The translations under genes and the position numbers were made by a program. From a virus (Duplodnaviria > Caudoviricetes): a stretch of DNA of 49,244 bases. Positions 36,864-43,871 of this stretch are shown here, one piece after another. The stretch lies in IMG/VR virus record IMGVR_UViG_3300006169_000024, positions 1 to 49,244 of that record. One strand, written 5' to 3'. How positions within the stretch are numbered: position 1 is the stretch's first letter; each line of letters begins with the position of its first letter. The notes under the pieces were generated by a model that was not told the origin of the DNA, ran no database searches, and worked only from the letters and a program-made list of their open reading frames with translations.

Positions 36864-37069
36864 TTGTTCCTCCCGGCGAGCCAGTTCTGTACGGCACGGT
36901 GTGGCGTGAGTGCGATGCCGCACTGGTTGAGCACGGCGCGGCTGTCCTCGCGTGAGATATGTGCTACGGTGGCCGGCGCCGCAGCCCACACAAGCGTGCC
37001 GCCTTCGGCGCACATGGCCACGAGGGAAAGGTTGTGTTCTTGGATGAGCTTCATGGTGTGCTGGTTCAT
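36860..37069 (-). CDS. Hypothetical protein (69 aa)
   Basis: ATGA coupling; starts MNQHTMK. Confidence 0.45.
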   Translation of the reverse strand: MNQHTMKLIQEHNLSLVAMCAEGGTLVWAAAPATVAHISREDSRAVLNQCGIALTPHRAVQNWLAGRNK

Positions 37070-37272
37070 GGGAGGTTGTCTCCAAGACAGATGTGCGCCG
37101 CCCTGCCGTCCACGATGGCAATGACTTCCTCGCCTCGGCGCAGGCGTCTCCACCCCTGAGAGGTGAGAGTGAGCCTGCGGTCGGGGCTGTAGAACTGTCC
37201 GCTCAGGGTGAAGCGACCGTCTACCTCTTCGATGTCCCCGCCTCGATAGAGGATGATCAGCGTAGCTCTCAT
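37066..37272 (-). CDS. Hypothetical protein (68 aa)
   Basis: GGAGG RBS, ATGA coupling; starts MRATLIIL. Confidence 0.5.
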   Translation of the reverse strand: MRATLIILYRGGDIEEVDGRFTLSGQFYSPDRRLTLTSQGWRRLRRGEEVIAIVDGRAAHICLGDNLP

Positions 37273-37628
37273 GGCACCTCCACGTTGTTGCGGTTGCACC
37301 AGTCCTCGACCGCCTCGGGTAGGTTGAGCCCGACGCCCGGGGCCATGAGGAGTGGACCGTCGGCCTCGCCTCCGATGAGGTCTACGAAGTCGAGTAGGCT
37401 CCCGCGCGTGCGCCACTCTTTGACAGCAGTGTGCGCTCGACCTACGTACCACTTTCCCTCTTCGGTGCGAAGCACGCTGAGGTTGTACCTCAGGATGGTG
37501 AGCCAGCAGTCTTGTGCACGCATCAGTTCTTCGGGGGGAAACAGGTGGATCGCATTTCCTGCTCGGACACCACTCTCTTGTCGGTGACGGTCGCATCGGA
37601 GAACGTAAGCCTCCAGATTGTCCGGCAT
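37269..37628 (-). CDS. Hypothetical protein (about 119 aa; start uncertain)
   Basis: ORF track, collinear with neighbours. Confidence 0.45.
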   Translation of the reverse strand: MPDNLEAYVLRCDRHRQESGVRAGNAIHLFPPEELMRAQDCWLTILRYNLSVLRTEEGKWYVGRAHTAVKEWRTRGSLLDFVDLIGGEADGPLLMAPGVGLNLPEAVEDWCNRNNVEVP

Positions 37629-37747
37629 CCGTTCTTGTGTTCGTCGCCGCAGCGGATGAACTGCTGATTGCCTACCAGACGAATGGTACCGAACCATTCG
37701 CTGCCACATGACGGGCAGGTGTAGGTCTCGCGGGCGCTCCACTTCAT
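37523..37747 (-). CDS. Small Zn-ribbon protein
   Basis: ATGA coupling; YTCPSCG...RCGDEHKNGC. Confidence 0.45.
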   Translation of the reverse strand: MKWSARETYTCPSCGSEWFGTIRLVGNQQFIRCGDEHKNGCRTIWRLTFSDATVTDKRVVSEQEMRSTCFPPKN

Positions 37748-37989
37748 CGCTCGATTATCTCCACGTTAGAGTAGCGGTCGATGTTCTGCATGGCGATGAT
37801 CCTCGTGGGATGCACGAGCCTGGGCTTGTGTGCCCAGGCTTTCCCCTCCTGCTCTATGACTCGCGCGTACATCAGACCCGACGATTCGCCCTGCGACCAC
37901 TCGATGAAGGTGCCGGTGCGAGTCTGGCTCCCGGCGCCGCGCCAGACCAGGCGAGCGCCGTGCTTGATGTCGCTAAGCTTCGCGCTCAT
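37744..37989 (-). CDS. Hypothetical protein (81 aa)
   Basis: GGAGG RBS; starts MSAKLSD. Confidence 0.5.
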   Translation of the reverse strand: MSAKLSDIKHGARLVWRGAGSQTRTGTFIEWSQGESSGLMYARVIEQEGKAWAHKPRLVHPTRIIAMQNIDRYSNVEIIER

Positions 37990-38338
37990 TGACCCTCCGC
38001 ACGAACTCCTGCTCGGCGCGGCTGTCCCAGTCCACGTGGAGGGCCAGGTCCGCGTCGCTGTACTCACGGTAGGGGTTTGCGTCCTCGTGGGGCGGCCTCC
38101 CCGCAGCGTCGATCAGCCCCCAGAGATCCTGCGCCGCCGCCTGCATGGCGTCGATGAGGGCGTCGTGGTCGCACTCCCGATGGAGGATGGAGAGGGTGCC
38201 CGCCGGGAGGGACTGAAGCTCGCCCTGGTACATCTTGCCCTCCACCAGGTGGTCGCACGTCGGGCAGCGTGCGGCGATGGGCTGGCCCGGCGCCGCGCCG
38301 TTGCGTCCCACCACGAAAACCTTCCGGGTGTCAGTCAT
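37973..38338 (-). CDS. Hypothetical protein with CPTC motif
   Basis: GAGGAG RBS. Confidence 0.55.
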   Translation of the reverse strand: MTDTRKVFVVGRNGAAPGQPIAARCPTCDHLVEGKMYQGELQSLPAGTLSILHRECDHDALIDAMQAAAQDLWGLIDAAGRPPHEDANPYREYSDADLALHVDWDSRAEQEFVRRVNEREA

Positions 38339-38495
38339 CGTTGTGCTCCTCTCGTTCGGGGTAGTCGTAGTCGGGTGCTTCGTCGAACCAGTTGCTGACG
38401 GTGCCCACCGCCTTGCAATGGGGGCATTGGTACCAGGTGCGGTTGTCCATCCAGTCGCGCTTGCACGCGCTGCAGTTGTGGTCCATGCAGGCCAT
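38331..38495 (-). CDS. Small Zn-ribbon protein (54 aa)
   Basis: GGAGGAG RBS, TAATG coupling; HNCSAC...CPHC. Confidence 0.55.
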   Translation of the reverse strand: MACMDHNCSACKRDWMDNRTWYQCPHCKAVGTVSNWFDEAPDYDYPEREEHNDD

Positions 38496-38836
38496 TAGCG
38501 TAGCTCCTCCTCCAGGTTGTAGATGCCGGGCCAGGCCATACCGCGCCATACGATGCGCTTGATGGTGGCCTCGCTCAGGCCATACCGCTGGGCCAGGGTG
38601 TCGATGGTCGTCGGGTTCTGCTTGTCGGTGTGCAGGTAGAAGATCTCCCAGTTCCGGTCAGCGAAGCTGTTGGCACCGTGCATACGCAGGCGGTGCATCT
38701 GCCGCCCCCTGGAGGTGACGGAGGGAAACCCGCACACCGGGCACAGCAGCCTGCGCATCCTGGGCTTCGCCCGGTCGGCGTGCCGCAGGTTCTCGCCGGG
38801 GAACTGCACGAGGTTGTCGATCTTCAGTGCGCCCAT
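38495..38836 (-). CDS. C2H2 zinc finger + Mor-like HTH transcription regulator (113 aa)
   Basis: CPVC-x12-H-x4-H followed by RNWEIF...TIDTLAQRYGLSEATIKRIV. Confidence 0.7.
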   Translation of the reverse strand: MGALKIDNLVQFPGENLRHADRAKPRMRRLLCPVCGFPSVTSRGRQMHRLRMHGANSFADRNWEIFYLHTDKQNPTTIDTLAQRYGLSEATIKRIVWRGMAWPGIYNLEEELR

Positions 38837-38982
38837 CAGTTCCTCGCAATGCGGATGATGTGGACTGTGTTGTAGGGGTGGCGCCAGTCAAACACGGCGT
38901 CGAAGTAGAAGGCTGCGAATCTGTCCCACTCCCACCTGTGCATGGCCGTGGCCAGGAGTCGGGGCTCGAAGAGCCGGATCAT
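38836..38982 (-). CDS. Small hypothetical protein (48 aa, absent from the ORF track)
   Basis: AAGGAG upstream, ATGA and TGATG couplings; MIRLFEPRLL...RIARN. Confidence 0.45.
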   Translation of the reverse strand: MIRLFEPRLLATAMHRWEWDRFAAFYFDAVFDWRHPYNTVHIIRIARN

Positions 38983-39155
38983 TTCTTATGGCTCCTTTCC
39001 GCCATGATGACGCAGTAGAGGGCTGCGCACGCCATGCCTAGGGCTGCGTCCATCCCCGGCGAGGCCTTCGTCCTGCCGACGTTGACACTCCAGAGGAGAA
39101 CCAGCGCCGCGCAGATGTACACCAGTCCGCCTACGGCCCACGCGCCGCGCCTCAC
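38979..39155 (-). CDS. Small two-TM membrane protein (58 aa, absent from the ORF track)
   Basis: GTGA start; AWAVGGLVYICAALVLLW...AALGMACAALYCVIM. Confidence 0.45.
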   Translation of the reverse strand: MRRGAWAVGGLVYICAALVLLWSVNVGRTKASPGMDAALGMACAALYCVIMAERSHKK

Positions 39156-39307
39156 TCCACCACCTCCACCCGCGCCGCGGGCACACAGACTTCACCCCAG
39201 AACCAGGTTCCGTCCGTCCGCTGCCGGTGCAGCAGCACCCAGAAAAAGCCCTCGGCCCAGTAACCGGGGCCTTCTTCGCCAGACTCAAGTCGCAGATTGA
39301 GAACCAT
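39152..39307 (-). CDS. Small Trp-rich protein (51 aa, absent from the ORF track)
   Basis: ATG 7 nt after motif copy 8; MVLNLRLESGEEGPGYWAEGFFWV... Confidence 0.45.
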   Translation of the reverse strand: MVLNLRLESGEEGPGYWAEGFFWVLLHRQRTDGTWFWGEVCVPAARVEVVE

Positions 39308-39314
39308 AACCCAC

Positions 39315-39335
39315 CTATTTGCAAATTGTAAAAAG
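39315..39335. promoter_or_regulatory. 21-bp palindromic motif, copy 8
   Basis: ctatttgcaaattgtaaaaag. Confidence 0.85.
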
Positions 39336-39365
39336 GGGCGGGGAGGAGGCTTGCCTCCCCGCCCC
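39330..39365 (-). terminator. Intrinsic terminator (12-bp perfect stem + U5)
   Basis: ggggcggggagg/cctccccgcccc; U tract supplied by motif copy 8. Confidence 0.75.
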
Positions 39366-39373
39366 GGCGGGGG

Positions 39374-39607
39374 CTAGAAGTGGATCGTCTCCGCGATGCG
39401 CTCGAAGATCCTGGGGTTGATCTCGCCCGGGAACTCCACCTCCAGCTGGGCGAGGGTGCGGACCTGCTCCGCGCGACGGCGGAGGTGCGCCTGGGCGGCG
39501 CGGATCTTCAGGAGGGCGGCGTCCGCCTCGGTGCGGACGGTGTACTGCTCTGCGAGGGCGAACTCGGCGTCGCGCCGACGGGACTTGGGGGTGTAGTTCT
39601 CGTTCAT
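39374..39607 (-). CDS. Hypothetical protein (77 aa)
   Basis: AGGAG RBS; starts MNENYTPK. Confidence 0.55.
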   Translation of the reverse strand: MNENYTPKSRRRDAEFALAEQYTVRTEADAALLKIRAAQAHLRRRAEQVRTLAQLEVEFPGEINPRIFERIAETIHF

Positions 39608-39660
39608 GAGAGTTCTCCTGGGTGAAACTCTAGCCAGGGCGCGCCCCTGGCGGCGACGAG

Positions 39661-39939
39661 CTAGCGCTCGTAGGACTTTCCGGCGGACCAGCCCGACTCG
39701 TGGATCGGCGTGCCGTAGATGGAACCAATGATCTTCGGCGGCGCCACTCCCTCCTCCACAACGTACCACTCGATCCACGTGCAGGCAGGGGGCGCGTGCT
39801 CGTCAGCGATGTCTACGCTCATTCCGGTGTCGACGCACAGCGCCACGCTTAGCGTGCGGCCGCCCTCGCGGTCCATGTAGCGGATAGCGTAGAGATCGTA
39901 GACCCACCGGGAAACGGGGATCAGGCACATGCTTTCCAC
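39661..39939 (-). CDS. Hypothetical protein (about 90 aa)
   Basis: ORF track, GAGGAG RBS. Confidence 0.5.
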   Translation of the reverse strand: MESMCLIPVSRWVYDLYAIRYMDREGGRTLSVALCVDTGMSVDIADEHAPPACTWIEWYVVEEGVAPPKIIGSIYGTPIHESGWSAGKSYER

Positions 39940-40418
39940 TCCTCGTTGAAGTTACGGACTGCGGCGCGAAGCGCCTGGGGGTCGAGGTTGTCGGCAACAT
40001 GGAGGGTCCACTCGGTGTGGCCCTTGCTGTTGCGCGCCTTCGTGGTGCGGGTTCGGATGCCTTCGGCGTCCCGCAGGAACTGCGCCGCCGCCGCGGCCTT
40101 GTCGTGGTCAGTGGTGCGAAGCGCCACCTGGGTGCCACCTCGGCAGGGGCAGCGCTTCGCTGGGGGCTCCTTCTCCACCCGGCGGGGATGCGCCCCGGTG
40201 AGGATGCCTTCGGCAACGCTTGCCGCGTCGCGCAGAACCTTGTCCAGCGCCGGCCCGGCGCGCAGGGCTTGCAGCCCAAAGACTACGAGCACTCCGTGAG
40301 CGGCGGGCACCGCCGTGAAAACCTGCGGCTGCGGTTGCAGGCGCACCTCCAGGCGGTCAGCCCACTGCGGCAACGCCGCCGCCAGGAGGGCCGCCAGGAG
40401 CGATTGCTCTTGCGTCAC
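39921..40418 (-). CDS. Hypothetical protein (165 aa)
   Basis: GTGA coupling; GGAG RBS. Confidence 0.5.
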   Translation of the reverse strand: MTQEQSLLAALLAAALPQWADRLEVRLQPQPQVFTAVPAAHGVLVVFGLQALRAGPALDKVLRDAASVAEGILTGAHPRRVEKEPPAKRCPCRGGTQVALRTTDHDKAAAAAQFLRDAEGIRTRTTKARNSKGHTEWTLHVADNLDPQALRAAVRNFNEEWKACA

Positions 40419-40624
40419 AGTCCGTGCTCCGTGCGGTAGGTTTCGTACATGCGCTGGAGGCTCTGTGCCCACTCCAGTAGGTCCGCCACCCGATCCTCCA
40501 TATCGGCGTGCTGGATACCTTCGATGTCGTCCGCGAGGCGTTCGGCATTCCGCTCAATGTGCCGCGCCGCACGGTGCAGCTGGCGGCTCGCCTCCGTCCA
40601 TCCGTCCACGGGTAGGGCTCGCAT
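40415..40624 (-). CDS. Early coiled-coil hypothetical protein (69 aa)
   Basis: GAGG RBS; first gene after promoter 40703-40731. Confidence 0.55.
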   Translation of the reverse strand: MRALPVDGWTEASRQLHRAARHIERNAERLADDIEGIQHADMEDRVADLLEWAQSLQRMYETYRTEHGL

Positions 40625-40702
40625 GTTGTTCCTCGCAGGTTCGGCGCCGCGCCGCCCGGACCCCCCGGGTCGCGCACCCCCGGCGTTGCGGGGGATGGTA
40701 CC

Positions 40703-40731
40703 AATATAATCGTCTGGTCCACGTTTGTCAA
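40703..40731 (-). promoter_or_regulatory. Sigma70-type early promoter
   Basis: - strand TTGACA-N17-TATATT, near-copy of the promoter at 32183-32211. Confidence 0.8.
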
Positions 40732-40789
40732 GTCTGCGGTGGAAACTCGTTTCCGCAGGCGCCGTGCGCCCCGCCGCCTGCTCCATTTC

Positions 40790-41046
40790 TTCCGTCCGTC
40801 CATCCATCCATCGGCCTCCGGCCGGGGGCGTCCATCCACCAGGGCAGTCCACCCACCAGGGCAGGGTTGGTGCCCCGGGCCTGCCCCCGCTAGTAGTTAG
40901 TTAGAAAAAAAAATTTTTAAAAACTGACTACTGCACAGGCCTGCCCCCGGGCGTCGCCGGGCAGGGTTGGCACAGGTCAGGGTTGGATGTCCCCCGTGGA
41001 CGGACGTGTGCCCCCGAACGGGCGGTGGATGGATGGATGGGCGGAA
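40790..41046. other. Candidate replication origin: AT-rich core, short direct repeats, flanking inverted repeats
   Basis: 24-nt IR (21/24) at 40790-40813 and 41023-41046; CAGGGTTGG x3; GGCCTGCCCCCG x2; A/T core 40891-40931. Confidence 0.5.
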
Positions 41047-41080
41047 CGTGTGGATTGCTCCCAGGCGCGAAGCGCCCCCC

Positions 41081-41101
41081 CTGTTTGCAAATTGCAAAAA
41101 G
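41081..41101. promoter_or_regulatory. 21-bp palindromic motif, copy 9
   Basis: ctgtttgcaaattgcaaaaag. Confidence 0.85.
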
Positions 41102-41139
41102 GAAAGCGCCATCGAGCCTGGATTGCTCGATGGCGCTTT
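41096..41139 (-). terminator. Intrinsic terminator (15-bp perfect stem)
   Basis: aaagcgccatcgagc-ctggatt-gctcgatggcgcttt; on the - strand followed by ccttttt from motif copy 9. Confidence 0.8.
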
Positions 41140-41189
41140 GCGTCGGGTCGCGCGAGGGTTACTACACTACTCTACGGCTCTGCCGGGCT

Positions 41190-41720
41190 TCAGCCCGCGT
41201 CGGCCTCGGCGTCCATCGCATCCAGCTCCGCCTCGGTGAACTGGCCACCGGCCAGGATCATGCCCCGAACCTTCGCGCGCTGGGTGCGCGGAAGCGCCAG
41301 GTACATGTCCCGGGCAGTGGCGCGGGCGCTGTCGCGGTCGGCCTCCGCCTTGGCCTTCGCGGCCTCGGCCGCGGCAACCTTCCCGCTCTTGCCCTCACCG
41401 CGCTTGCGCGGCGCACCCAGGCGGAACTCCTCCGCCTTCTTCTCGACGTCGGCCCGAACCTCCTCCGCGTCGCGGTCCTTGTACGCCTCGTCGTTCAGCG
41501 TGTCCTTGATAAACTTCTGAATCGTGAGGCTGAGCCCCTGGCCGTTGATCGCGTTGAGGATTACCTCGTCCGCGTTGACGCCTTCGGCGGTGCTCACCCG
41601 GCTCTGCCGGAACTCGTCGAGCGTCGTGGGCAGCGTGTACGTGAACTTCAGCCCCTTGAAGCGGGCCGGATACTCCAGTCCGTTGTCCTTCTTGAGCTCG
41701 AAAGTGGTCTGCTGTGCCAT
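41190..41720 (-). CDS. Monocistronic early protein, Lys/Ala/Glu-rich (176 aa)
   Basis: GAGGG RBS; own promoter (41852-41880) and terminator (41096-41139). Confidence 0.7.
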   Translation of the reverse strand: MAQQTTFELKKDNGLEYPARFKGLKFTYTLPTTLDEFRQSRVSTAEGVNADEVILNAINGQGLSLTIQKFIKDTLNDEAYKDRDAEEVRADVEKKAEEFRLGAPRKRGEGKSGKVAAAEAAKAKAEADRDSARATARDMYLALPRTQRAKVRGMILAGGQFTEAELDAMDAEADAG

Positions 41721-41851
41721 TGTGCCCTCGTTTGGGAGAAGTGTCGTGGTTGAGGGGGCGAATGCCCCCGTTGCCCTCCGGCTTCCCCCTCGCGTGACCC
41801 GTGTTGTCAATCAGCCCCGTGCGGCCCCGCCGCCCCGTGCGATCTACCACC

Positions 41852-41880
41852 AATGTAACCCCCGGCGAGCTGGATGTCAA
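41852..41880 (-). promoter_or_regulatory. Sigma70-type early promoter
   Basis: - strand TTGACA-N17-TACATT flanked by GTGGTAG direct repeats. Confidence 0.7.
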
Positions 41881-41981
41881 CACCTACCACACAAGTGTTT
41901 CCACCCCGTTCCCCGCCCGGAGCGCGCACACGCGAATGCAACCTCCATGCCAAAAGAGGTGATTCTCCTGCCCTGGGACAC

Positions 41982-42062
41982 TTTTTCCGAAAAATCGCTC
42001 CCGGGCCGCAGTGCCTTTTTCGGAAAAGTTTGTTTCCCGCAGCGCCGGGTTTTTCCAAAAAA
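41982..42062. repeat. Three TTTTTC-N2-AAAA units at exact 34-bp period
   Basis: tttttccgaaaaa 41982, tttttcggaaaa 42016, tttttccaaaaaa 42050. Confidence 0.75.
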
Positions 42063-42414
42063 CTGACCCTTCGGTTTTTCAGCGGTTTCGCGCCAGGATG
42101 CCCCACGCCGCGCGATCGCCTGGGGCGAGGGTAGTGGTGGCCCCGGCGGCGCCGCGCCCCGCACAGGCGATCCTCGACGGGAACTGTTGTTCCCCCGGGG
42201 AGGCTTGCTTGCTGGCCAGCAAGTGGCGCGCAGCGCCCCTGGCGCCCCAGGCACCTGCGCCCTCGCGCCTCGCGCCTCTGGCGCCTGACCCGACCCCAAA
42301 AACCGGGAGTCGCCAGATGGCGAAACAGCTATCTCCTGATCGCCACAGATCAGGGAAAACCAAGGTGCGCAACTCCGGACCTCCGAAGTCCCGCAAGTGC
42401 CCCCTGGGCGGGGA

Positions 42415-42443
42415 TTGCGGCCTCGGCCTAGGGCCGTTAACTT
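42415..42443 (+). promoter_or_regulatory. Possible weak promoter for the morphogenesis arm
   Basis: TTGCGG-N17-TAACTT upstream of motif copy 10 and the first + strand gene. Confidence 0.3.
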
Positions 42444-42476
42444 TCAACTGCGCCGGAGGCGCGCGGCGGGGCGCCA

Positions 42477-42497
42477 CTATTTGCAATTTGCAAAAAG
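42477..42497. promoter_or_regulatory. 21-bp palindromic motif, copy 10
   Basis: ctatttgcaatttgcaaaaag merging into the AAGGAG RBS. Confidence 0.85.
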
Positions 42498-42507
42498 GAG
42501 AAGTCCA

Positions 42508-43104
42508 ATGGCTGAGGACAAGAAGGGGAGCGCGGCGCCAACGGGCGCCCAGGCGAACCTCGGGACGACTGCGGCGGACGTGCGGCCCAGCGCCACGGCG
42601 CAGCGGGAGGCGGAGGAGAGTGCGATCCCGCGAGGGAAGGAGCGGGGAAGCCAGCTGGAGATCGCCGGAGGGGAACCGCAGCCCGACTTCGCGGGGCCGA
42701 CGCCGCGGAAGCCCACGGGGCTGCAGGCAGAGGAGGCCCTTTTTACTACTAACGGCACGGTACCTGGCGGCATGGTGGGCTCGCCCACGGGGCCAGTGCC
42801 AGTGGCGGCCGTTGCTGCCTCGCCGGAGCAGGCGGAGGAGCTGCTAGAGCAGCGCGAGAAGGCGCTGAAGCGCGAGGGGCGGCGCAGCGCGCTGGAGGTG
42901 GAGCTTACCGACGAGGAGATCGACCGGATGAGCGGCGCCGAGCTGCGCTCCGTGGCGCTCGCCCGGGGCTATCGGGACTTCCCGGAGGCTGGAACCCGCG
43001 CTTCGCGGGAGGCGTTCCGGACGGCGCAGGAGGAGGACGAGCGGTTGCAGGAGCGGCTGCGCGCAGGACGTAAGCGCACCGCACGCAAGCGGGCTGAAGC
43101 CTGA
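42508..43104 (+). CDS. Hypothetical protein with Rho-N/HeH-like C-terminal motif (198 aa)
   Basis: AAGGAG RBS; EEIDRMSGAELRSVALARG. Confidence 0.6.
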   Translation: MAEDKKGSAAPTGAQANLGTTAADVRPSATAQREAEESAIPRGKERGSQLEIAGGEPQPDFAGPTPRKPTGLQAEEALFTTNGTVPGGMVGSPTGPVPVAAVAASPEQAEELLEQREKALKREGRRSALEVELTDEEIDRMSGAELRSVALARGYRDFPEAGTRASREAFRTAQEEDERLQERLRAGRKRTARKRAEA

Positions 43105-43148
43105 GCCCAACGGCCCCCCAGTGGGGCGCACACTCCCTGGGGGGCCTC

Positions 43149-43871
43149 ATGAGACTAGAGAAACTTGGACTCGCCGCGGGGGCGCTGCAACCCTCCCTCA
43201 GGACTCCGGAGAACGACGCGGAGCTTGAGGCGCTCTTCAGCGCCGCCCTGGAAGGGCGCCTACCGCGGCAACGGGAGCTGAAACCCTACGAGCCTCAGAC
43301 GCTCAACGAGCGCCACCTGGCAATTGTCATGGCGAGGCACGCGGGCTTCAAGCAGCGCCAAATTGCCCAGGTTTTCGGTGCCACGGAGACTAACATCAGC
43401 ATCATAGTCAACCATCCCGACGCCCAGTATATCCTGGCACGGCTTTCGGCGCGGCGCGGCGGGGAGGAAACGCCCATTCAGCGCCGGCTGGCGGAGCTAA
43501 ACGAGCCTGCGCTGGACGCAATCGAGGCTGTTTTCGACCCGGAGCTGGAGATTGACCCAGTAAAACGGGCCAACATGGGCTTCAAGGTGCTGGAGGCCAA
43601 CGGGCATTTCAGGCCTAAGAAGGTCGAACACGAGCACAACGTGCAGCTGAAGGGCTCGGAGCAGCATCTTGGGCTGCTCGCCGCGGCGCTGCAGGAGAGT
43701 CGGGCGCTGCCGGAGCCTATTATCATGGAGTTCGACCCAGAAACGAAGACTTTCTACGCTCCTGGGAGCGGAGTCGAGGGCAGCTCGCGACCCGAAACTC
43801 TTCCTTCGGACACTGGGGCGCCCTCACCCAGTGGCTCCCAGGAGCAGCCTTCGGCTGAGGAGGGGTCTTGA
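43149..43871 (+). CDS. Probable terminase small subunit (HTH)
   Basis: LNERHLAI...GFKQRQIAQVFGATETNISIIVN HTH; KVEHEHNV tail; directly upstream of TerL. Confidence 0.55.
   Translation: MRLEKLGLAAGALQPSLRTPENDAELEALFSAALEGRLPRQRELKPYEPQTLNERHLAIVMARHAGFKQRQIAQVFGATETNISIIVNHPDAQYILARLSARRGGEETPIQRRLAELNEPALDAIEAVFDPELEIDPVKRANMGFKVLEANGHFRPKKVEHEHNVQLKGSEQHLGLLAAALQESRALPEPIIMEFDPETKTFYAPGSGVEGSSRPETLPSDTGAPSPSGSQEQPSAEEGS

Noticed and set aside
41805-41810. Extra TTGACA on the - strand
   Set aside because: No -10-like hexamer at 16-18 nt spacing.
41721-41850. Riboswitch (c-di-GMP-like) in the leader of the first early gene
   Set aside because: Only a short GGTCACGC resemblance; the conserved core elements are not present.
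42090-42476. tRNA gene in the intergenic region
   Set aside because: No cloverleaf or TTCRA T-loop found by eye.
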